Under the pieces are notes generated by a model. It was not told the origin of the DNA. It saw only the letters and a program-made list of their open reading frames with translations, and searched no databases. The position numbers and the translations under genes are program-made. This document shows, piece by piece, positions 27,252-33,835 of a stretch of DNA of 33,835 nt. Each line of letters begins with the position of its first letter. Within the stretch, counting starts at the first letter, position 1. The stretch comes from Archaeoglobus sp. JdFR-37 (lineage in GTDB: Archaea; Halobacteriota; Archaeoglobi; Archaeoglobales; Archaeoglobaceae), in assembly GCA_002010215.1 (NCBI GenBank), contig MTMY01000017.1, positions 1 to 33,835 of the forward strand. Direction: 5' to 3'.

Positions 27252-27264
27252 CAGGTGAACAAAA

Positions 27265-27774
27265 ATGAAAACGACAGTGATGACATTAGTTACTCTTACA
27301 GCTATGATAGGTATAATTTTGTTCTCGGTATCAGGGGGTCTCATTAATTATGATTCAGAGAGGACATTCAGGGTGATGGTGGTCACTGAGGATCAGGAGC
27401 TCATAAAGCTCATTCCGGCACAGCCATATGCCTACATAGGACGTGATGGAAAGCTGTATGTGGAAATCACTGAGTCAAATCCAAATTTTCCAGGATATGG
27501 GTCTGGGTTAAGTCCTGACACTGTTTATGCTTTTGATTGTGTTTTCAAGGTGAAAAATTCTCTGTGGCAGAATCAGACCATTTTCTTCGCGATTAACTCA
27601 TCATCTCCCAGCATTCTTGTTTATAGCCCGGAGGACACCTTTGTTAATTCACCTGAAACTGCTACCATGAATATGGTTTTCCCGCTTCAGTGGAAAGAAG
27701 AAATCTGTATTGGTATGGTTTTCAACCTCAGTGACACTACGGAGGTGGGAGTGAAAATAAATGCTACAATCTAG
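27265..27774 (+). CDS. DUF1102 family secreted pilin-like protein 3 (possibly clipped by a premature TAG)
   Basis: NYDSERTFRVMVVTEDQELIKLIPAQPYAY; FPGYGSGLSPDTVYAF; ends NATI-TAG and the frame continues FLIGI-TGA. Confidence 0.82.
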   Translation: MKTTVMTLVTLTAMIGIILFSVSGGLINYDSERTFRVMVVTEDQELIKLIPAQPYAYIGRDGKLYVEITESNPNFPGYGSGLSPDTVYAFDCVFKVKNSLWQNQTIFFAINSSSPSILVYSPEDTFVNSPETATMNMVFPLQWKEEICIGMVFNLSDTTEVGVKINATI

Positions 27775-27812
27775 TTCTTAATTGGCATTTGAGTTAGTAA
27801 TGGGGTGCATGT

Positions 27813-28844
27813 ATGCGAAAAGCAGTAAAAAAGATTCTTAGTTTAATAACAATAATTTTGACCGTATCGTCTATAGCTGGAGCTTTGCTGGAGAGACCTG
27901 TGTTGATATCATATGTTACGTCTGGAAGTATGGTTCCTACGATTCATGAAAATGACTTGATTTTCATAAATCCCTTGGCTATAAATTATGGAGTCGGAGA
28001 TATAATCGTCTTCGAATCAGATGGAAAATGGATCTGTCATCGGATTTTTGCCATCACTGATAAAGGATTTTTGACAAAGGGAGATAACAACATTGCTATA
28101 GACCAACTCGAGGGTCAATCGGCAGTTAAACCGGATAAAATAGCCGGGAAAGTCGTGACTTTCATGGATAAGCCTGTAGTCATTCCTGGAGTCGGTGATA
28201 AACTCGGGCTGATCTCAGCCTACGCATGGGAACACAGATTTATAATGCTCGTTCTGCTGGCAATAGCTGGCTTATTTCAGATTGTAGGTGGTGAGAAGGC
28301 TACCAAGAAAAAAACCAGAAGGTTTCTGAAAATTCGGTTCTCTCAGGTTTTTGTTGCAGCCTCTTTTTCAGTAATTCTACTACTGACAGTCGTATCAGCC
28401 TTGATGATCGGAGGGCAGGATATCCAATATGGTACAACAGTAGCTGGGAATGTGCGACCAGAGTGGGTTCTGCCAGGATCTACCTTTGAGAGGCCTATCC
28501 TTCTTGAGAACCGGGGAGTGTATCCATATCTTTATGTTGTTAAAGACGATGGTGGTAGAGCATCCGTTAAAAAATGGTTTTTGCTTGGCCCAGGAGAAAG
28601 TAAGGAGGTGGATGTGATAATAAGAGCACCTAAAGAAACTAGCATATATTCTGAGCACATCATCATCGCCAGGTACTTACCTGTTGCACCACTGGAATTT
28701 TTGGCAACTCTCGCTTTATATAACCACTTTCTGCCAATTCTGGTTATTGACTTTGAATTTGCCATGTTCTTTGTTCTCCTGTACATTCTCACCGGCAGCA
28801 ATGAAGTTTATAAGATTCGGTTACCATGGAGGCTCAGATCATGA
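27813..28844 (+). CDS. Signal peptidase I, SipW/Sec11-type (S26B), with C-terminal TM + Ig-like extension
   Basis: VTSGSMVPTI (catalytic Ser), GDIIVF, ICHRI (His), TKGDNN..D. Confidence 0.92.
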   Translation: MRKAVKKILSLITIILTVSSIAGALLERPVLISYVTSGSMVPTIHENDLIFINPLAINYGVGDIIVFESDGKWICHRIFAITDKGFLTKGDNNIAIDQLEGQSAVKPDKIAGKVVTFMDKPVVIPGVGDKLGLISAYAWEHRFIMLVLLAIAGLFQIVGGEKATKKKTRRFLKIRFSQVFVAASFSVILLLTVVSALMIGGQDIQYGTTVAGNVRPEWVLPGSTFERPILLENRGVYPYLYVVKDDGGRASVKKWFLLGPGESKEVDVIIRAPKETSIYSEHIIIARYLPVAPLEFLATLALYNHFLPILVIDFEFAMFFVLLYILTGSNEVYKIRLPWRLRS

Positions 28845-29650
28845 AGAGGGCAATGTTGCTTATCATTGCCGTCTTAACAGTAATGGCTGTTGATGCAAGC
28901 ATCAGAAGTATAAACGAGTCCAGAGCATTTACTGTAGTCATTACGGAACCGGAAAATTCTCTCATATCCTATGAGTGTGGTATTGAGGCTAAACTCAGGC
29001 CTGGTTACTGGAGCGCTGTAAAAGTGGCTCAGCTGGAAAATAGAATGCAGGAGGAGGTGATAATAAACTATTCTCAACACTTATGGATTGAAGGGGGAGA
29101 AGGTATCAGATTTATTGGGATAGATGCTCCTTTATCGCTTCAGCCACTTGAAAGCCAAGAGGTTATGGGCGGATTTATTGTGGATGAACATTCAACAAAT
29201 GGTAAGCTCTATTTTGTATTCTCAGCTACTTGGCCTAATGGAAGTGCGGTTATAAAAACAGGTGTGTGCCCCTTGGAAGTTGAGGTTAAACATAATTCAA
29301 TGTCGGTATGGGCTTTTCCTGAAGGACACCACAAGTGGGATGATGAAAGCCGGGGCGGTTACTTCTATTACGATGGAGGAAGCCTTATAGTGCCCATATA
29401 TTCGAACCGAGACACTCAGATAGGATGGCTTCAGATAATGGGTGGAGAGACTACCACTATCTGCTACAACCTCACTTCTAGTGGTTACAGGATCGATAAA
29501 ATCAACCTAATGGTAAAAGTGGACGAAATCCAAGAGAATAACCCTGATAATTACACCTATGTAGTGGAAAACGTTGACAGGGAATCCTTCTGCATAGATA
29601 TTGGCGAGTTCAGTGAAGGCTATATAGCAGCCCATGCTGTGGTTCGCTGA
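28841..29650 (+). CDS. Secreted two-domain protein, putative minor pilin/tip
   Basis: ATGA overlap with the peptidase; signal peptide, then SIRSINESRAFTVVITEPENSLI resembling the DUF1102 N-terminal strand; extra aromatic-rich C-terminal domain ending YIAAHAVV. Confidence 0.7.
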   Translation: MKRAMLLIIAVLTVMAVDASIRSINESRAFTVVITEPENSLISYECGIEAKLRPGYWSAVKVAQLENRMQEEVIINYSQHLWIEGGEGIRFIGIDAPLSLQPLESQEVMGGFIVDEHSTNGKLYFVFSATWPNGSAVIKTGVCPLEVEVKHNSMSVWAFPEGHHKWDDESRGGYFYYDGGSLIVPIYSNRDTQIGWLQIMGGETTTICYNLTSSGYRIDKINLMVKVDEIQENNPDNYTYVVENVDRESFCIDIGEFSEGYIAAHAVVR

Positions 29651-29709
29651 ACTCTGTTTCGGAAAATTGTTTATTCTGGATATTTATACTAAAATGTATA
29701 ATAAAATAT

Positions 29710-30729
29710 ATGGACCTCAGGGAGATAAAGGAGATGGAGCTCAGAACAGTACTGTCACTGGTTTCTCTTATTATATTGATCGCATCCATTATTGCGCTCT
29801 ATCGAATCTGGGATGTTCAGGATGAAGTCATTCAGAAGGTGGAGGTAGGAGAGTATAGAATTAGGAGCAAATTTACTCCTTCAGCTAAGATAGAGTCTCC
29901 AACTCTGATTTATGAGAGGAAAGAATTGATTAAGTATGGTAGAGATGAGTTTTTTCCCACTCTAATCAAGGACTTCTGGTTGGACTACGAGATTGAAATA
30001 GCTGGAAAGGGGATATTCATTGGAGACTACGAAATTAAAACATATCTTGAACCATCTTCTGCTAGAAATGCACCACACTGGAGTAAAGAGCTACCGTATT
30101 CAAAGAGGAAGGTTTTCTCAGAAAGTGGTGTGAGCGATAAAATCAGAATCGACTGGAAATACATATTAAACCTCTGGAATGATATTCAGAGGGAGATAGG
30201 GGTCGCATACACTAATCCTTCTATAAGAATAGTATCTGTGATAAAGCTCCGAGGAAATGCTGGAGATACCGGGGTGGAGCGAAACATCGTTCACGAGGCT
30301 AGAATATATTATGGGAAAACCATATCCTTTGAAAAACTCACTCTGGAGAAGTCGGAAAAGATTTTTAAGGATGTGAAGGTAATTAACAAGATTGGGGACG
30401 GATTTCCCAGTTTTAGTCCAAGTACTGCGAAATTTGGTCTCGGGTTGATTGTAGTAATATCTGGAACATCCTTTCTGTTGGTTTCTAGAAAAACGATTCT
30501 GGATGGCATTGTTGCCTTCTTAGAGGATAGAAGAGTGGGACGCTTTAAACGTAAATATGGCTCGCTGGTTGTGAGAATCAACAGCAGCCTCCCCCATACG
30601 AGAACTGTTAGGGTAGGTAGTCTCGATGACCTCGGCAAACTGGCGTTTGAACTCGAAAAGCCGATACTTGAAACAGACGAATTTTATGGAGTTCTCGAAG
30701 GGGATGTCTTGTATGCTGTGAAAAAATGA
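29710..30729 (+). CDS. DUF5305-like membrane protein
   Basis: N-terminal TM, extracellular beta domain, second TM, cytoplasmic tail FKRKYG...VRVGSLDDLGKLAFELEKPIL...GDVLY. Confidence 0.75.
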   Translation: MDLREIKEMELRTVLSLVSLIILIASIIALYRIWDVQDEVIQKVEVGEYRIRSKFTPSAKIESPTLIYERKELIKYGRDEFFPTLIKDFWLDYEIEIAGKGIFIGDYEIKTYLEPSSARNAPHWSKELPYSKRKVFSESGVSDKIRIDWKYILNLWNDIQREIGVAYTNPSIRIVSVIKLRGNAGDTGVERNIVHEARIYYGKTISFEKLTLEKSEKIFKDVKVINKIGDGFPSFSPSTAKFGLGLIVVISGTSFLLVSRKTILDGIVAFLEDRRVGRFKRKYGSLVVRINSSLPHTRTVRVGSLDDLGKLAFELEKPILETDEFYGVLEGDVLYAVKK

Positions 30730-30746
30730 TGTATATGGTGATATGG

Positions 30747-30983
30747 ATGAGTAAAAGAACGAAGATTGAGATAATGGTTGAAATACTTAAAATAGCTACG
30801 CATGGAGTCAACAAAACTCGAATAGTTTACGATGCGAATCTCAATTTCAGAGTTGCAGACAGGTACATTGACGAGCTGAAAAAGCTCGGCTATCTCAAAA
30901 GCCAGTCTCGTGAGGGCAGGAAAATTTATATGACGACTTCTGAGGGGTTAAAATTTTTAGAAAAATTTAATAAATTTAAGTAG
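30747..30983 (+). CDS. Small winged-helix transcription regulator (HTH_45-like)
   Basis: KRTKIEIMVEIL...NKTRIVYDANLNF...Y.TT.EG..FL. Confidence 0.88.
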   Translation: MSKRTKIEIMVEILKIATHGVNKTRIVYDANLNFRVADRYIDELKKLGYLKSQSREGRKIYMTTSEGLKFLEKFNKFK

Positions 30984-31138
30984 CAGATATTATGAGGATG
31001 TACTATTTATTTCAAATGTTTATAATAATAGCTTCTGTTATATTTCATCTAAAGTAAAATTAATCCAAGTGCCTGAAAAATTTAAATATGATTGTGTATT
31101 AAGAAATAGAGATTCTAATGATTTGCACTGGTGGAAAA

Positions 31139-31390
31139 ATGCGGAGAACAAAATTCGATATAATTGTTGATATAATAAACCTGACCATGGATGGTGGTGC
31201 GAATAAAACTAGAATAGTTTATGGAGCAAATCTAAATTTTAAGATTGCTAACAAATATATCAACTTCCTCCTGGAGAATGGTTTAATTGAAGAAGAAGTC
31301 AAAGAGGGTAAAAAATACTATTTGGCCACTGAGAAGGGTGTTCAATTCCTAAGGCTTTTCAGAGAACTTTCTGGAGAAGTAATCTTCTAA
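31139..31390 (+). CDS. Small winged-helix transcription regulator (HTH_45-like), paralogue
   Basis: RRTKFDIIVDII...NKTRIVYGANLNF...Y.ATEKG..FL; TTTAAATA at 31081. Confidence 0.88.
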   Translation: MRRTKFDIIVDIINLTMDGGANKTRIVYGANLNFKIANKYINFLLENGLIEEEVKEGKKYYLATEKGVQFLRLFRELSGEVIF

Positions 31391-31409
31391 TTTTTCGTGA
31401 TTGTTCAAT

Positions 31410-31607
31410 TCAAACAGATGGAAGTTCTTTGAACATCTCCCCTTTTTCCGTTATAATCACAGACCCATCTTTGATCTCTATAAGACCTAATATTAAGAGC
31501 AAATCGAAGGCTTTTTTCACTTCCTCCCCAAACCTTGCCGTCAACTCATCAATCCTTGCCTTTGAGTTCATTCCCAATATTATTTTTTCAGCAAGTTCGA
31601 TGCTCAT
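31410..31607 (-). CDS. Small winged-helix-like protein
   Basis: LLLILGLIEIKDGSVIITEKG wing motif; GGTGA RBS before ATG 31607. Confidence 0.65.
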   Translation of the reverse strand: MSIELAEKIILGMNSKARIDELTARFGEEVKKAFDLLLILGLIEIKDGSVIITEKGEMFKELPSV

Positions 31608-31829
31608 GGTTTCACCTCTATTATAATGATGGTTGTTATTCAACTTTTAATTCAAATTTATAGTATAAATAAGCATCGATTAATTAAGAAATTTAGTTAC
31701 TGAACTTCGTTCAGGAAAATTATTAGGGTGATTAATATATTGTTATAAATTCTTCAGAGTCTTATAATCCTTGATATATCTAGATAAACCGACATCTTTA
31801 AATAGTGATATTGCAACTATAATAATAAC

Positions 31830-31955
31830 ATGAAACATAACATGAAATTGAAAACTAGAGAAATTGACGCTTTGGATTTAGAAGAGCTCGAAGCGCTAGA
31901 ACAGCTTTGGACGGAGCGCTACGAGGAAGAATATTTAGAAGAGCAGGAAGAGTAA
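31830..31955 (+). CDS. Acidic micro-protein (41 aa, not in ORF track)
   Basis: MKHNMKLKTREIDALDLEELEALEQLWTERYEEEYLEEQEE; purine-rich coding-like island in AT-rich DNA; TTTAAATA at 31797. Confidence 0.5.
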   Translation: MKHNMKLKTREIDALDLEELEALEQLWTERYEEEYLEEQEE

Positions 31956-32083
31956 TGACTAATTAACCAGAATTTAAGCTATTTTTAAGTCTTTGTTATA
32001 GTTGTTTATCACAATAATAATAGTTACTATTATTATATAGCAAAAAGGAAAAATTTAAGTTATAATTAACTCAGAATGATTGT

Positions 32084-32194
32084 ATGGGTGAAATACTTAA
32101 ATCTTTAATGAGCTTCGAGCAGTTGACTGGTATGATACTTTCTTTAAAAATCATCGAAGCTCTTGCAACTCTTTTAGAGCACATTCATTTTTAG
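32084..32194 (+). CDS. Amphipathic micro-protein (36 aa, not in ORF track)
   Basis: MGEILKSLMSFEQLTGMILSLKIIEALATLLEHIHF; BRE/TATA-like GGAAAAATTTAAGT ~30 nt upstream. Confidence 0.35.
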   Translation: MGEILKSLMSFEQLTGMILSLKIIEALATLLEHIHF

Positions 32195-32244
32195 GTGTTA
32201 GTATTAGGGTTAAAAATTCATCAGATTATATTATAGCTAATAGT

Positions 32245-33207
32245 TTAAAGTATAATCTCATTTAACTCGACCAATTTTCCTGATTTATACGATCTTATTG
32301 CCGAAATAGCTACGGAAAGTACATAGATACCATCCTCTCCTGAAGGTTCGGGACACCTGTCTTCTAATATGCATTTCAAAAATGATCCAATTTCATTTTT
32401 TAGCGGTTCTTCTCTCTCAACTTCTATGTTCATTACCCTATCATTCCTGGATATTTCAAGAGTCTGCTTAATGTAGTCAAGGGTGGCAACACCACCCGTA
32501 CCAACTGCGGTGAGAACTCTCACCTTCTTGGGTGTAAGCCAGTTTGTCTCTATCAAGCCAGCTTTATTGGGATGGAATTTTACAACAAGTGAGGCGTAGT
32601 CCTCTAAAGTGTGAAAGCTACTCCCTGCAACTGCATAAACACTTTCACATCTTTCACCATATAGATATGATATTGTGTCAATATCGTGGACGGCAAGATC
32701 TATAATGATTCCCACATCTCTAATTCTGGGGGAGTATGGTCCCACCCTCTTGCATGAGATAGCCAGAATTTCTCCAAGTTCACCCGCTATTATATGTTCT
32801 TTTAACTTTAGCACTGCAGGGTTAAAGCGTTCTATGTGTCCAACCATGACTTTTACTCCTCTTTTTCTAGCAGCTTTTACTATTCTTTCTGCATTTTTAA
32901 GAGAATCAGCAATTGGTTTTTCGATGAGCATATCGACATTGCTTTCTGCTACTTTAAGAGCGACATCCGTATGTAAACTCGTAGGAACAGCTATACTGAC
33001 TGCATCAAGGTTCATTGATAGGAGTTCTTCATAATCGGAGAAGGCCTTTGTACTGTAGAGTTGTGCAACCTCTCTTGCTGCGCTTTCGTTAATATCTGCC
33101 ACACCTACAAGACTAGCATTAGGTGATTCGCTGTAAACTCTGGCATGGTGTCTACCCATAGCTCCGACACCAATCACTCCAACCTTCAATTTCTTCAATT
33201 TCAGCAC
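32245..33207 (-). CDS. Gfo/Idh/MocA oxidoreductase, probable UDP-N-acetylglucosamine(-uronate) 3-dehydrogenase
   Basis: GVIGVGAMGRHHAR, IEKP, VGHIERFNPA, RIRDVG..IDLAVHDID, NWLTP.K.R. Confidence 0.9.
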   Translation of the reverse strand: MLKLKKLKVGVIGVGAMGRHHARVYSESPNASLVGVADINESAAREVAQLYSTKAFSDYEELLSMNLDAVSIAVPTSLHTDVALKVAESNVDMLIEKPIADSLKNAERIVKAARKRGVKVMVGHIERFNPAVLKLKEHIIAGELGEILAISCKRVGPYSPRIRDVGIIIDLAVHDIDTISYLYGERCESVYAVAGSSFHTLEDYASLVVKFHPNKAGLIETNWLTPKKVRVLTAVGTGGVATLDYIKQTLEISRNDRVMNIEVEREEPLKNEIGSFLKCILEDRCPEPSGEDGIYVLSVAISAIRSYKSGKLVELNEIIL

Positions 33208-33279
33208 CTCTAATTTAGTTAATCAAATTATTTTTTATAATTACTTTTAATTAAATACTATTTATTTATCTTAGGCTGT

Positions 33280-33594
33280 GCGAGAAGGCTGAAAGAGCCG
33301 CTCGCGCAGTAGTGAAGGTTAATCCTGCATACACTTCAAAGAGATGTGTCAGATAGTTTATATTGTAAATAACTTAAAGTCTAAATGACAGGTTGTTTAC
33401 CTGTCCAAAATGCGGAGAGAAGCAGACAGAGGTTATAATGTCTCCCTGAACATACTAGAGTGAGACTGGATTAACAATGACTATGGAGAAAACCTCTCTA
33501 TGCAATTTCCTGATGGGAGGTGATCACAGGGTAAGCTCTCCCTGTGAAGTAGGAAGGCGCCCTGCCAAGGGGGAAGGGGGTGGAGTAAGTTCAC
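33280..33594 (+). mobile_element. tnpB: Decayed IS200/IS605-family (tnpB) 3' remnant with right end
   Basis: Broken frames give KAERA..VVKVNPAYTSKRC, DRLFTCPKCG, ADR.YNVSLNIL (RuvC-II region/Zn finger/RuvC-III); element ends GGGGTGGAGTAAGTTCAC. Confidence 0.85.
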
Positions 33595-33610
33595 ATCCTG
33601 AAACCAAGAG
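33460..33610 (+). ncRNA. Putative TnpB omegaRNA/reRNA scaffold remnant plus flanking guide
   Basis: Lies at the tnpB 3' end; hairpin TCACAGGG(33524-31)/CCCTGTGA(33540-47); GC-rich subterminal stem; TTCAC end. Boundaries approximate. Confidence 0.45.
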
Positions 33611-33835
33611 CTTTTACTAGCCCCCTAACTAACTCCATCAACAAGCCCATCAGATTCTGAAGTAACCCCTCTACAACATCGATTCTGGTGAGTTTGAGGG
33701 TCATGGGTTCCAGCTTTTGTGTAACCTCATCATTAGGTACAAACTCCATATCATTAGTTATCAGGAGCATGTCAAGCTTTGTCCCGTCCTCTCTTTGTTT
33801 TATCTTTATTACATGTGTCCCTTCTGTTAAGGTGA
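33591..33835 (-). CDS. 3' end of a gene running off the window; CBM/galactose-binding-like domain plus amphipathic C-terminal helix
   Basis: TLTEGTHVIKIKQREDGTKLDMLLITNDMEFVP...LLQNLMGLLMELVRGLVKALGFRM-TGA. Confidence 0.7.
   Translation of the reverse strand, partial: TLTEGTHVIKIKQREDGTKLDMLLITNDMEFVPNDEVTQKLEPMTLKLTRIDVVEGLLQNLMGLLMELVRGLVKALGFRM

Noticed and set aside
27772..27774. Pyrrolysine or amber read-through at the DUF1102-3 TAG
   Set aside because: No pyl genes in the window, and TAG is an ordinary stop in other genes here; a nonsense change is simpler
26156..27774. DNA repeats such as GATCAGGAGCT and CC(A/G)TA(T/C)GC among three genes
   Set aside because: Explained by paralogous coding sequence; not a CRISPR or DGR repeat
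1..33835. tRNA, rRNA, CRISPR array, integrase or provirus
   Set aside because: No cloverleaf/T-loop signature, regularly spaced repeats or viral hallmark genes seen by eye

Overview
Archaeal chromosomal segment, most likely Archaeoglobaceae. This rests on close resemblance (from memory) to Archaeoglobus fulgidus proteins such as the AF2299-type CDP-alcohol phosphotransferase and AF_0795-type KaiC, plus GGTGA ribosome-binding sites, BRE/TATA promoters and archaeal LeuRS, NAC, FBPA/P and TrmI. The left two-thirds is housekeeping (pdaD-dhs-CDP-AP operon, two KaiC ATPases, fbp, nth/AlkD, MtaB, speE, trmI, nac, HDAC, leuS). It is interspersed with decayed toxin-antitoxin fragments and two unexplained operons: a triplet of U32 Fe-S hydroxylase-like genes, and three paralogous DUF2589-like genes, one with a pore-forming-type beta-hairpin and one fused to a PASTA domain. 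The right third (23.0-31.6 kb) is a cell-surface locus: an Ig-domain anchor protein, a secreted subunit, a membrane-tethered wHTH regulator, three DUF1102 pilin-like paralogues, a dedicated SipW-type signal peptidase, a putative tip protein, DUF5305 and three small wHTH proteins. An identical 17-bp palindromic motif precedes the two putative major-subunit genes. The window ends with two unannotated micro-ORFs, a Gfo/Idh/MocA sugar-nucleotide dehydrogenase, a decayed tnpB with a preserved right end/omegaRNA-like region and the 3' end of a CBM-like gene. No rRNA, tRNA or CRISPR array was seen. All family assignments come from motif recognition by eye, not from database searches.
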